Positions 13,179 through 28,100 of a stretch of 64,000 bases of DNA are shown one piece after another. The DNA comes from Oopsacas minuta (lineage: Eukaryota; Animalia; Porifera): contig JAKMXF010000177.1 in the NCBI GenBank assembly GCA_024704765.1, positions 558,001 to 622,000 on the forward strand, given 5' to 3'. A program made the position numbers and the translations under genes. The notes under the pieces were generated by a model. The model searched no databases, was not told the origin of the DNA, and saw nothing but the letters and a program-made list of their open reading frames with translations. How positions within the stretch are numbered: position 1 is the stretch's first letter; each line of letters opens with the position of its first letter.

Positions 13179-16100
13179 GTGAGTGTATTAGTCTTGTTAG
13201 ACAATTACGTATGTGTTCCTTTACAAACTACTTTTTCTAGGAATCTAAAACATATTCCCCTTCAATAAATTATCAAAAAATGAAAATTATTGAATGTATT
13301 CAATCAGCAGCTTCTAGATTGGATGATTCTAATGGTAGTGAAGAACGGACCCTTACTCGTATTGGTGACTTTGTTAAACTGTTTAAAGAAGAGAAGTATT
13401 TTGGTGAGTATAACACGCTTAGCTGTATGCACCAATTCTTAGGAGCGGTCTTTGTAGCGTGTTCCATATATGGATCCCGTACCATTTCATACCTGCCAAC
13501 CTGAGTGAGGAAAAGCCATACGGAAGATACTAATTTAGCTAGACATCGTGGGATGTCACATATTAGCATTCTATTGCACTACAATAATCGGGACAGTTCA
13601 AATACGGGTCTGACATGTTGTATGAATCTATGTGCAAATAATAATAATTTGTTATAATTTCAGGACTCTAGCATCACACCGTAAATAGATCAATAATAAT
13701 AATAATAATACTAACCACTATTTGTATAATTATTCAATAGTTAGTTTTATTTAGACATTTTAATATACCAACCTTCGGCTTGTCGCTTCGTGATGAACTC
13801 GGCTCCTTACGCCTCGAGCAGGCCCCACTGAGAGGGCTGTAGCCGGGCAAATCCCGGGGCCCCATCTTGATGGGCTCTTTAAGAATTTTTAATAAGCTGA
13901 GTGTTAGGGGAACAATATTCACCAAGGGGAAACACTCGGAGAAACAGGAATCCCTATGATACTGGAAATGTTTTGAATGGTAACTGTTAATTCTGTACAA
14001 ATTTATCCTCACGTTCGACACTTTTGTACTCCATGGCTGCTGAATCGGCACTTACGTGCCCGCCATGCGCCCAGATAAACCCCTTGCACTAAATTTTTTA
14101 CAAAGAAACACAAAATGTAGATTCACTAATATACGTAATGTGTTCTTGGTTATTTTAAATTTAATACTTGTATTATGAAATAATCTTGTAATTTAGATGA
14201 ATTTATTCAACCTTTCTGTCAAAGAATGACAAATCTATTGAAGAACCAGTATGATTCTTCATTAGATAGTAGTTATGACTGGATCTTACAAACTGCTAAC
14301 TGTGGAGAAGACATTAAATCTTGTGGGACCTTTCATAAAGCTGTTAATCTCCGTATTAATAGCACGATTACTCCTCTTTTATCAGAGTTGATCGCTTTCA
14401 TAGATAGAAATGCAAACTTTGAATTGGCAGTGCAAGATGAAAAGGTATCAAGATGTTATTATGATCTATGGTGTGATATTTTCAAAGATGAACAGCTGTT
14501 AGTATTTCAATACGCAGATACAATTTCTAGTAATACGTTCCTTCCTAGAAGGAAAGTACCTGTTTTGAGTGATGGAGCTGGAGGGAAATTCTTCAGAGCG
14601 AATTTCCCATTCTCATGGTTAATACAAGAGAATTGTTCTTTACTAATGTCTAAGGCCAAGAATTTAGCAGGTAATATCACAAATTTGATGAGAGTCGTGT
14701 ATAACGTGTTTGAATCATTTAAATTGCAGCACCTATACGGAGATGCACTATTCAACATGTACTATAGCCAACTTTTTATGAAATTTGTATCATGACCACA
14801 CCCAGATCAACTGCTAGTTCACGACTACAGGTTCTGTCAGGATTGGTTATGTTTGGTCACCTTTGGTAAAAATGGCCATAATGTTTGACCTACCAAAAAA
14901 TGACGTAAAATATCTCTGCCGCAGTGTGACCAAGTTTGGTCATATGATCCTCGACCACAGTTTAATAAACCCTGTGTTATAGTATTGAATATACTATCCA
15001 CTCTCTGGCCAAAAAAAGTATTTGAACACTCTGCCACAATTGACACATTGCACAAATATGTATTTTACTTTAGCTGCATAGGCTGAAGATAATTTCAAAC
15101 ATTTGTGAACTTAATTCTATCATATATTTTATCATTACAATCGCCTTTTCTGATATATCCACAGACTATTCAATACGTATATTCTCGCAATGTGTCATTA
15201 ATGGTATGGCGTTCCAATAATTTTGGATTTGGGAGTGTATACAAAACCAATCAAATTGGGAAGAGTTGGAAGAAATTCAGGATTCGATACTTCAATGCCT
15301 TATGTTAATCTTGCTGGGGTTCCTTTGGTGGCTCCCTACATATGAATTTCTTGAGATTGATTTGGGGAGGTCTCCTAAATCAATCTGAACAAATGCATAT
15401 TTAGTGCCCTACAAACCTTTCTATCTTCTAGGGAAAATTCTACCTTGGATGCACTTTGAGTCTGTATTTAATGAAACACCTCTTGGTAAACTTATTTACA
15501 AGAATTTAATGTCTAATGAGGAAAATGCCAAATATATTGAGCTTTATTTGAGAGACTTTATTTATATGAAGGTGTATCCTACTTCTAAAGCTGATTATTT
15601 GGTAAGTATTAGCTATTAGGATATTCTAATTCTGCTGATATTTCGAAATTAGTATCTTTTCGCATATTCATTCATCAATTGACTTTCGAGCATGTCGATT
15701 AGAGAGGAGTGCCTCGAAATGACTAGAAACTTCTCAGCAGGTATAGCTACTAATTCAGGGTAAATCCTTACTCCAACAAAGCAAAATGACTTGGAACAAC
15801 ATCCAAGCAGGTACAGCCACTTCAAACGAAACCATGTATACTTAATCGCCAACCTCTTGCGCGGAAAATGTTTAATCTTTAAACGGATTTATAAAGCACT
15901 GGGAGCAACAAGAAGGGCTCAGGTTATTCACTAGCCCAATTAAGGCAGATTTTTGATGAATTTTCTCTATTCTTACCCTTGGTGTTGTATCAGTACCTTT
16001 TGATTACTCAGCTACTCCAGAAATATTACGAACTTATTCATACTTCAAATTCGGACTTATTTCGGCGCCCATTCTTACAATATATAATAATATACACTCA

Positions 16101-19100
16101 ACTTCCCATTGAATAAAAGGATCATTTGGTCAATTCTTAATTCTTATGAATTATGAAATCTATTATGCACCAATTTTGCCAAATAATGCTTACTAAGCAT
16201 AAAATTACACATTTAGAGATTTTTGCTTATCTACATTAATGTAATATGTACATTCATCGAGTAAAAAATTAAAAGTCTATACATTCTAGATATATAAGTC
16301 ACATGTCTACAAGTTGGCCTGCTCACATAGCCCTGGCCCATTTTTCTGAACCTGCACCATGACCTTGTACAATATGAGTCCCGATTTTGGCAACTGAAAT
16401 TTCCATAACCTCGCTATATTAATGATAGATACTTTTAAGTTTTGCCTGATTGATTGAAACTATTCTTCTTAGGTATTTGAGTGTATCTTGCTGAATTGTA
16501 TCCACAATCTGTGTTCAATCGATGCGAGCGAAGGATATGAAGATATTCGTTATTCTGCTAACAAAACCACTATTCCTAAGATTCATTATGCTTACCAGGA
16601 CTCTAGACAGCTAATTGAGCTTTTCGAACAAGCTTTTGGATTGAAAGATACTTTGGGCAGAACAATCTCTGATATGCTCCCACAAATGTGGGATGATCAA
16701 GATATGAAGTTGAATTGTTTGGAATTAGTTTTGATAGAAGAAATCATTTCATTATGTTCTCATAATAAGGATCGTACTTCTTCAATGGAGCTAGCAGAAA
16801 TATATGTTACTGAGATCAGAAAATGGCAACCTCTGATTGAGAAGGGATTGTCTCGTACTCATTCAAATAAAGATATTAATGAATATCAGCTCGAAATTAG
16901 GTGATTTGAAAATTTCTAAAACAAATAATCATATACCGCTTATATAGGATCTGGATTGGAGTATACACTCAATGGCCAAAAGTATTGAAACACTCTGCCA
17001 CAATTGACACATGGCACAAATATGTATTTACTTTACTGCATATGCTGAAGATAATTTCAAACATTTGTGAACTTAATTCTATCATTAATTTTGTCATTAG
17101 AATCGCCTTTTCTGATATATCAACAGACTATTCAATACGTATATTATCGCATTGTGTCATATGCCGTATGTGTGTTACTAATGGTATGGTGTTCCAATAC
17201 ATTTGGCCAGGGAGTGTATAGCCCCTTTAGAAAGTAGGATAGGACCGACTACTATGAATGCAGACCATAACCAAAGATTGGATTCAGGATTTTATTGTCT
17301 TCCCTGATTATTCCAATGGAGTGCTAGTACTATTCTAGGTTATAGGGTTTAGAATACTTACTATGACTAGATTTATTTATTGTTTTCTCTGAATTTCTCT
17401 CATTATTATTATTTTGCAAATAGGCGGAAGTGGAACCGTATTATAGCAGTTCAATTATTTATCTCTCATTGCACGCTAGGAGTTGGTCTTAATGTTACAG
17501 AAAGCAGCATAAACAGATTATTCTTGGTAAGTAGAATGGACATCTTAGGTTGGAAAATTTCTGACACAAATTCATTGTATTACAATCCCTATTCGGTTAA
17601 CACCTACACTCTAGTATATTACGTAATTAATTTGTTCCCCTAAGGGGGTACATATTATCCAAGATCTACTTTATTAATAACTTAATTATTTACACATCTT
17701 CTATGTAAAATACAAAAGCAAGCTAGATATTAGGTTTCAATATGCTGTCAGGGGTAATTGGGCGTGTAGAGTCCGATTTTGACATTTTTAATTTTACAGT
17801 CAAACACATAGCGGCCACCTAAAAACAGGGTTGAGAAATTTCCAGAGAATTAAGCGCTCCTAATTTTTGGGCGCGCTCTCATCCCCGATCCTTATTCAGA
17901 AATAGGAGTGCACTCCGGCTCCCACTCCACAAAAATGGAGCGCGCTCATTTTCATTCTTTCAGATTTACATTAGGTTTGTATTTTAAGTAATTAATATTA
18001 AATTTATTTAATTATTTCCTGAATCTTAAATGGACCGTGCTCCTCTAATGCCAGAAGTGGAAAATCATTATCTTCTGAATATCAGCTCTAATCCTCGTAG
18101 ATTTTCAATCTGGTTAATATTTGTTTATATTCGCTATTTCAGCTCTAAAATTATGGAGTTTTGTTATCTCTCCCAAATATTATCCACATTCGAAGATAAA
18201 TGCTAGTTAGGGTTCTGTTTTGGGGCCAGGATTTTCAAATCCAGAGCGATCGATAGTTGTATAACTATAAACTATAAACGAAAATTCTGTATCATTAAAT
18301 GTACTTTTATTACCAATGAGGAGATGGTCACCCTTAGACTTAAAGTCAAAAATTTTTTTCTTGTAGAGTGGATGTTATTGTATTAACACGTTAATAAATT
18401 TGTATTGATATTAGTCTGTGTTTATTTTATTCACTAAACTCTTTAGCGTATACACTTATTAATTATATGATTAATCATATTTCACCCTCTTATCAATACT
18501 TCAAATTGGTCCTAGAGGTTAGCTTTCGTCTGATAATTAGGGTAAACAGGGAAATAGAATCGATTCTAACACTTTAAATTGTCTAACACGATTATTTACA
18601 TAAAATATTAACATTTTTTGTAATTGAATTATTTAATAGAACATTACAGACTAAAAATATACTAAAATAGATTTAGTGAAATTCCGTCAGTAAAGGCTGT
18701 GATTTGAGAATTCATTTATTTTAATTTCGCTACTAATTCTGTATCTTAGATCCTTGGAGAGTCTCCAGATTTTACTTCACTAAAAGTTGTTAATCATATT
18801 CTCACAATTATTTCTAACTGTTTTAAGAAAATGAACAAAGAATTAGGGTAAGGAATGTTATGAAGTCATTCTATTGAATGTGATCTAATTTTGTTATTTG
18901 TTCATAGGACTCAATCGCCTCTTAGAGAAAGGTTCAAAGGCTATGCAACAAGATTTTTCATCAGTATTCTCACCAATTTATCATTCAAATATTTAGAAAT
19001 TGAAGATGACAATACTGATATTATTCGTTTATTGATGGGATTTGTTTCACTAGATGAGACTACTTTCTCGCAAAGTTTAACAGAAGAGACGAATATTAAT

Positions 19101-22100
19101 ATACTCACTAAGAATGAACTTGATCCTTCTCCAGCATTCAGAACTTTCTTACTTCAACTTTTGATCAAACACAGGTAATATCTCAACTAAATACATATAC
19201 GTAATGCTAGCATTAGCACTTCGTCTCTTTGATGCTAAAGCAAATTTCAGATTTTAGCCATTTATTATTCAAAAATATTGAATAATGTTGAGTTTGTCAT
19301 TCCATTATATATTTGCAAAGTATTATTTTGGTAAATATTTATCCTCAATATTTGTTTATCGATCAATCATCTGAAATACAGTCCATATACGTATACCACA
19401 TCTATGATTGAGGGGAATATTCGAAAATTATCTGTGTAAAAGTTAAATTCTCCGAACCAGGCCCGAAATACTGCCAATATCAGTCAAATAAAACCTAAGA
19501 GTATTTAGGTTATTCAATCCATTATTCAAACGAATAGTTACGTATTATTTAATGAAAATGTAGATCAATCTCAGGCAGCTCTGTAAGAAGTGAAATACCT
19601 AGTTTTATCTCTTCATTTCACCCTAAGTAATGTAATGATGTTGTTAAGGTATTTTTTGTATAAATATAGTAGACATAGAATATTGATTGGTAGGGCCCTT
19701 TGGGACAACTTGAATTATAATGAGTCGAAAATCCTAACCCAGGACCAATTATCGGGCTAAGAATTCATCATCAATATCTATTATTAGGCACGATTTCTTT
19801 AAACAACACATTACTGAATATTTAACAGATACAGTTGGGAAGTTTCAAGATACATTGAAACAACGAGAATTATTTCTACTGATAGTTCAATCAATCGAGG
19901 TAGGATTTTGTGTATTATTAGATTTATTATGTTTGTTTAGGCCGTTTATAATTAGATATTATTAGAGCTAAAAACTTATTGCTTACATTTCTTTTCATTC
20001 GTTTTAATATTTGGATTACATAGAAACACTTTGCTGTCTCTAATTTACGGGTAGCGAGGGATCTGGTACAGGCAATAATATTGGGCATTTATCTTTATAC
20101 ACACTTTAGGAGGGTTAGGCCCGAATTTCTTAGAGAGAGAGAGAGCACTTTATAGAGCTATAGGACATCTCGGAATAACATACTATAAATCCTGTTCTTG
20201 ATAACGAACAAACAAGCAAACAAACAAACTAATAATAATTGACCAATAAAGTGGTTGAGAAGGAAAATATGTGAAAATTTATGGTCACATTGCAATAAAC
20301 TCATCTACAAACACAAAACACAACACAAATTATCGATTGATTAGGAGTAACCTCGGTGCAAGAAGGGCGTCTATTGCGGACACGAAATGTCTGAAACCGT
20401 GTACCGCAAGGAAGCGTAACTAACTTGTCTATATATACAGGAATGGGAAATTTATAGTCTTATTAGAGCGTAAAATTTCCAACTTTTCTAAAATGAATAT
20501 GAGCGTGCTCCAAAGGATGAAGAGCGCTTAATCCTCTGTGTAATATATTGCAATTACAATTACCGTATCCAGGTTCAGGGACTTTGCTGATCATTCCGAA
20601 AACTTATCTCGAATCCACATTATTCTTTCAAGTGTGAGGATCCGAGTAGAAATTGCGTCACTTTTCAGACCCGACCGACCAGAAAAACCCGAACCCGATT
20701 CCAAATCTGGTGAGGTCTTGCAGTCATCAATAATACCATATATAGTCATTTTCAAGATTACGTCATATTCATCAGCGATTTCATATCAAAATGTATTATC
20801 AGGGTATGGGAAGTCGGAAATATACTAATTGTTTGTAAATGATTTGGTACTATAATTATTCAATCAATCCCTGGTCCAAAATCTTAAGTAACCATCAATG
20901 CCTTATATAATTTAATATATGCTTAGAATGCTTTATGTTGATCAATTTTAGGATTTATTTCATCAACGGTTTAAAGAATATACTCAGGAACATCAGCACC
21001 AGCTTGTTAAAAGTCAAATAGATACTGAAATAGCAGTCAATTCTGATATTACGAAAGTATCTTATGAGTTACTTGAGCAGATTGGTACTCTGAGGTTTAT
21101 TAGTGTCCACATTTCTAATTGGATTATTGATTGTTATAACTTACTAAGAACACAATTGGATACACAACCACCTAACTATTTCACAGAGAGAGATAGGTTA
21201 ATCACAGATTTTAAAGACATGTGTAGGCTGGAAGGGAATGAATATCTTCATTTATTCCTCCTCAAGAATATTTATCATCAATTAGGCAGTGATACGTTGC
21301 AATTGATTACTAAGAATGATAAATGTTCCTGGATTATACCAGATGATGTGATGGATATCATTACTGAGGTATGTTTAACGGATAATTGTATATAGCTCAG
21401 CTATACTACATAGAATACAGTTTTTTGTGAGCCCTATAGATGCTAACGACATGACATGGTGTCTTTACGTCCGTCCACTCGCCGTGCGAAATCTAACAGT
21501 CCGATTAAGCTGAAAATATGTACACAAAACACATACATTTTGGGGTGGAGTTTGCACCTGCGATATGAATTATTCTAAAGTTAATATTCAAATCATTCTA
21601 TGTAAAATTCGAAAGCATGCTAGAGGCTAGGAGGATTCAATTTGGTGTAATTTGGTGCCGATTTTGAATTTTGGAGTGTGATAATCCTATTTTTACCTTT
21701 TGACATATATTTCAGTTTGATGCCAGAAAAATTCTTTTCAACGGCTAGTCAGGGTAATCGAGCATAGGTACAATACTAAAATTGTACTAAAATGGTACCA
21801 ATTTTTATTATCCATGGTCCATCCATATTTCATTTAATGACCTTCTGTGGTTATGTTGCAATATATTAGAGATTTTCGTGTGTACGCGTATACACTAAAT
21901 GTTTCGGGTGTACTCGTACACACGATATTTTTTAGTGTATTAGAGTTTACCTCAGCATATGGGTTGTTTATATGTGATTTGTTTGGATTAGTACATACCA
22001 GCTTTAGCGTTATCAATCAGATGTTATTACGTTTGTTGTCGTCGTTACTACTAATTGGGTGATATTTCTTGGATATACAATATATCTGTAATAATACATA

Positions 22101-25100
22101 TAAGCGTACATTCAATATACATAATATTTATCTGTTGATGGATTCAAGGAAACAGAATTTTATCAAATCATTATTGAAGTTGCAGGAACAAATTATTAAA
22201 TTAATACCACGTTATCAGCATAAGATATATTATCCATAGGAAAGATATGCGTGACATAATTATCTTAGAAAGAAACAAGAGCCAGAAAAAGAACTAAACA
22301 AACAAAACAAATAAAATGAACACTAATATAATGGAACTACAAAAACAAAGAAAATACTGATAACTATATCAAGCAATGAAGCTATAAACACGAATACATC
22401 ATGATCTTGCGGTAGACAAGTTATACATTTCGAACACCTCTTATCACAAACCTTGGAAATACACAGGGTATATAAACAACCCATATGCTATGGTAAACTC
22501 TAATACAATAAAAAATATTCGTGAGTACGCGTACACCCGAAACATTTAGTGTATACGCGTACACATGAATATCTCTGATACACTGCAACAGTAATATTGT
22601 TGCTGCTACGTGGCTTTTGGTTTGTAATGTGGCACTTCATGCTACGAGTATTATGAAATTCGCAAAAATATCGAAATTCGGGGAAGTTTGATTTTTATAC
22701 AGGTCCTGATGACGTACTATACATACATATATAGACACACACACACATATATATGTTACCGTCCAAATTGAGTAAGGTTATTCTTACACAAAAATTGAGA
22801 TTATACATTATGGTTTACTAAATAACAATATTTATAATTTCAAAGATATGATTTATGGTCTGCTAAAAAATATGAAATGTCCAATTCTGAAATTGTATGT
22901 TGGATCTAGATTCAATCTACAATTATATTCCTTCAATTGACTTAGTATTTGACAAATACTAATACTATTTGTATGGTTTAATACAATTAATATCTAAATA
23001 TACATTCACAATATACTATAAAAAATTAATAATCATGACAGAGTAGGAGATAATGTTGTAAATGTACTTCTAGAAAGTAGAACTCTATTAGTTTTCAGTG
23101 AATTAGTTGTCCAGGATAATTAGTTGACCAGTTGATTTCGGTGGTTTTGACAAAACCCTGTTTTACATTACTATCTGTTCTCGCATACGGTGCCTGTGAC
23201 ACCTATAGTTGCATTTAACCGGCTTTCGTTAGCACTAGTAAGTCTTCAGACAGCTGTCTTACACTAGCATAAGGCGAACTACGTAACTCTGCCTATACAG
23301 GTTTCAATCCGGGATTTACTTTTGGGAGGGAAGTTCTCATAATGGGGAACGCTATATATCCCTGACTATTCTTTCGTTTATTTAGCTTATTCAGATATTT
23401 TGTCCAATTACTATACTAAATACAAACAACAATAATTTCAATATGAATATTTTAGGAAAATCTGTCTTAATTAACAATACACAATATTTATGCTTGAACC
23501 TCACAATACTATTCTACGGCTCTTTTTCCCTGTATAATTATCAACAAATTCCTCCAACATATCATTCGTTAGGTGATTAAGGCCTTCAATGCATATGCCT
23601 ATCATATGTTCAAGCGCGCCATCTCCCTAAACCGAACTTCAACTATCGCCTAACTATGGTATGGAAAAGAGGAGATGGAGAAGGTCGAAAACGAACATAG
23701 AGAGACTAGATCAGTGCACTCCATCCTATTTCGGATATGGTCAATCACGCTTTGTATTTATGGCCGATACACTGTCTGAAGAAGTTGAATTTTTTCCTCT
23801 TCCATGATCACAATGTGTTTTCCACCAAGCTGAGTATCATCTGTAAAAACTAAAGACTGGTTCTGTTTACTATTTATTTAATCTCTGTTCTTCTTTCAGT
23901 GGTACTATTGACAATGAAGTAGTATCTTAATTGCACAAAATATCGCATAAGCTAGATATAACGAAAGAATAGTCAGGGATATATAGCGTTCCCCATTATG
24001 ACAACTTACCCCACAAATGTAAAATCCTGGATTGAACCCTGTAGAGGCAGGGTTACGTCGTTCGTCTCATGCTAGTGTAAGACAGCTGTCGGAAGACTTG
24101 CCAGTGTTAACGGAAGCAGGTTAAATGCAACTCGAGGTGTCACAGGCACTCTACCGTATGCGAGAACAGATAGTAATATAAAATAGGGTTCTTTCAAAAC
24201 CACTTCAATCAACTGGTTAATTACCCTAGACAATTAATTCACTGAAAACTAATAGAGATTCTACTTTCTAGAAGTACATTTACAGCATTATCTCCTACTC
24301 TGTCATGATTTTTAATTTTTTATAGTAAATATTGTGAATGTATATTTAGATATTAATTGTATTAAACCATACAAATAGTATTTGTAGTTTGAATCTAGAT
24401 ACAATATACAATTTTAGAATTGGATATTTCATGTTTATTAGCAGACCATAAATCAGGAGTGGGCAAACTACTCGCTTGTGATTTTGAACCAGCCCGCCTG
24501 GCTTAAGGTATTTGGGTACTCTAATTATTTGATCACTGTCTTACTCTTCCTTACGCATTCGGAAATTTCGCCCCATGGAAAATTTCATTAATATAGTTAA
24601 TTATTGTTTGTTTTACAAATAGCTAGTAGAATTTCTCTAATAATTTAGAACCTGGAACGTACTCGTAAGTCAATATGGCCCGCATAAAAATATGGAATTA
24701 GAATGCGACCCGCGCATAAAAAAGTTTGCCCACCCTGACATAAATCATATCTTTGAAACTATAAAATATTGTTTTTTAGTAAACCATAATATTTAATCTC
24801 AAATTTTGTTTCAAAATAACCTTACTCGTGAATACGTAATATAAGGACTGGAAACAGCAAAAAAAACTGGACCATGGATGAACTACAAGTGCATTCGTTT
24901 TTTGCTATTTATTATTATTAGTTATGAACTTTAAACGATAAATGTACCTATTTTAATTGGAAATCGACTTTGAGATTGGACCAGGGATGAGATAGAAGTC
25001 ATTTAAATAAAGTATATTATTATCATAGCATATCATTGCTTATAACTGAAATAATAACATAATAATAGGTCTAAAACAACATGAATATAATAAAGGAATA

Positions 25101-28100
25101 GGAAACCAAAATCATTACAAAACTGTTAAGTAATTTATTAGCTGGAACTAACATGTCTCCTAAATAGATCTAAATTTCTTCAATTTCCGAGAATCATTCT
25201 TACTAGATGTGATTTCAGAGTTGACATTGCGAACTTTATTAGCTAGTATGCAATTAGTACATACACTAAGGATCTTCCTAAGGATAGTCCAACCAGAAGT
25301 ACCACAGCCCTTACAATTATCTCTCCAATGTGGGCTAAAATTATCAACCAACATATTTTCAGTCAGCTGAATTAATACCTTCCTTGATGGCGAGGAACAG
25401 AAGTGTTTCCTAAGAGTTTCATTCTCATCAACCTTGATAAATATTTTCCATAATACAACAATTGATTCAACTACTATTTCTGAAGGCCATTTCAGAAAAC
25501 CACGATCAATGTACCTTATAAGGTCATATTTAATCGTGTCTGTAATATCAATATCTTGGTTCTCAGTTAGTTGCTGACTACAAAGATGGCAAGTGGCAGT
25601 TTTAAGATAAGAGTATACAGCGTAACCACCAATAAATACAATTAATTGGAGAACATGAAGGTCGAGGTCAATAGAATTTAGATCATGTAACAATTCAGTA
25701 TACTTATCGCAAGATATATTTGTGAATTCATCCAAAGTTGGAGAAAATGTGTTAATGGATTGTTTTTGTTTTGAATAAACTAGAGATCATCAAGGCAAAA
25801 CCTTTTTAGTCGAAGTAGTAGGATCAATCTCACCAACCACCTTCCCGCCTAAACAACATAATATGAAAAGTTAGAACACCATAATTAGAAATTATATTAC
25901 CATGTATTACCTTGATAAGAAATATCAGATGAAACGTGGATCTCGTCCATATTGAGGGCAACATGTCGATTCCCCTTAGAAAAATCTACTGTTAAGTTCT
26001 TAAGTATATGGAAATATTCACTATCTAACCCAGGGGTGCCCAACATACGGCCCGCGGGCCAAATCTGGCCCGCGTAATAATTTTATCCGGCCCGCGCAAA
26101 ATTTGCACTTTGTAATATATACTATTTCTTCATGGACAATTCCTAAGCCACATTTCGATAGCATTCATACTGGGTGTCGAATTTCAATGTATTTGACATT
26201 TTGAGGATTCTTATTCATTTTCAATACACGACAGGTGCATGCGTTTAGTAATAATAATCCTTAGCGGTGTATAAATATAAACTAGTATAATTCTAACCTT
26301 ATAATTGAAATTCAGATACTGCGTTTACTCATCTCCTAAATTACCTGTAGAATATATATATCATTTATATTAATGGAGCCTTGTTCTAAGAAAAGGAAAG
26401 TTGATATCGAGAGTAGAACTTTCAACGACAGCTGGACCGAGAAATACTTTTTCACCAACTTGCTTAATATGCAAGCAGGTCATCGCAGTGATGAAAGAGT
26501 ACAACATCCAAAGACACTATAGTGCTAAACATCAAGATTACAAAGCATGCTCAGGGCAGATACGGAAGGATAGAGTACAATCATTAATAAGGGAACTTTC
26601 GGTACAGCAAAATATTTTTACAAATACTAATTCTGAGTCAGAAAAAGCTGTTCGTGCAAGCTTTGCCATTTCCAAACTTATTGCAAAGAAATATAAGCCA
26701 TTTACTGATGGTGAATTTATCAAGGAGTGTGTTATTACTTTGGCGCAAATTATGTGCCCAGAGAAACAAGTTATTTGAAAACATTAGCCTTTCAAGAATG
26801 ACAATTAGCCGTAGGATAGAGAACTTATCAACAGACTTAAAACTTACTTTAGAAAAACGTGCGAGTGAGTTCCAGTACTATTCTCTGGCCCTTGATGAGA
26901 GCACAGATGCCACTGATACTGTCCAACTTGCTGTTTTTGTAAGAAGAATCGATTCAAAGTTTAATCTTACAGAAGAATTGGCGAACTTACATAGCCTTCA
27001 CGATAAAACAACTGGAGTTGATATTTATAAAGCGGTGATGAATGGAATTGATGCTATCGGACTTAAGTTGAATAATTTATGTGAGGTAACGACAGATGGC
27101 GCACCATCAATGATTGGGAAGGAAAGGGGCTTCGTTGCTCTTCTGGAGAAAGAAAGGATCAATTCAGGAAGTAGTACTATGAAATTAGTCAAAGTGCATT
27201 GTATAATTCACCAGGAAAATCTCTGTTCAAAGCCATTAAGAATGCAGGGTGTAATGGAAATAGTAGTGAAAACTGTCAACTTCATTCGTGCTCGAGGACT
27301 CAATCATCGACAATTTCGAAAACTTTTAGACGAAATGGATTCTCAATATGGAGACCTTCTTTACTATACGGAAGTACGATGGTTAAGTAGGGGTGCGATG
27401 CTTCGACGCTTTTATGAACTCAAAGAAGAAGTATTTCATTTTATGGAGGAGAAGGGGAAACCAGTTTTTCATCTCAATGATCCATTATGGTTGTGTGACT
27501 TGGCATTTTTGGTCGATATCACTCAATATTTGAATAACCTCAACTCAAAATTACAAGGAAAAAATCTGCTTATTCACAATTTGTTTGACTTCATTTGCGC
27601 TTTTGAAAGAAAGCTCGAGATATGGGAAAAACAATTAATAGAAGAAAATCTTTATCACTTTGAAACCTTATCAAAACATTCCCCTCCAGATACAGGTGTA
27701 TACACAATCAAAATCAATTCCCTGCACAAAGAATTCGAGAATAGATTTAAAGATCTTCGTAGCAATATTGTAAACTTCGCTATATTCTCAAATCCTTTCT
27801 CTTTAGAACCTATTGAACTCCCCGAGCATCTCCAGCTAGAATTGGTTGACATGCAATGTAACCAGGACTTGAAAGCAAAATTCAATGATGTCACACTTAT
27901 GGACTTTTATCAAAAGTATTTATCATCATCAGATTACCCCAATCTTATCAAGCATTGTAAGATGATGGCTTGTTTATTTGGGAGCACATACATATGTGAA
28001 CAACTGTTCTCCCAAATGAAGCTAGTAAAAGCAAATGCAGAACTGTTTTACTGATAGACATCTCGAAGATACATTAAGAATAGCTACTACGGATATGGAA

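Noticed and set aside
4767-13569. Many 60-130-aa alternative-frame and antisense ORFs overlapping RNF213 exons
   Set aside because: They are shadows of a long coding region with no motifs of their own.
18143-18210. Possible extra RNF213 exon (LKLWSFVISPKYY...) in intron 6
   Set aside because: Its phase is incompatible with exons 6 and 7, it has no good donor site, and exons 6-7 already join into an RNF213-like sequence.
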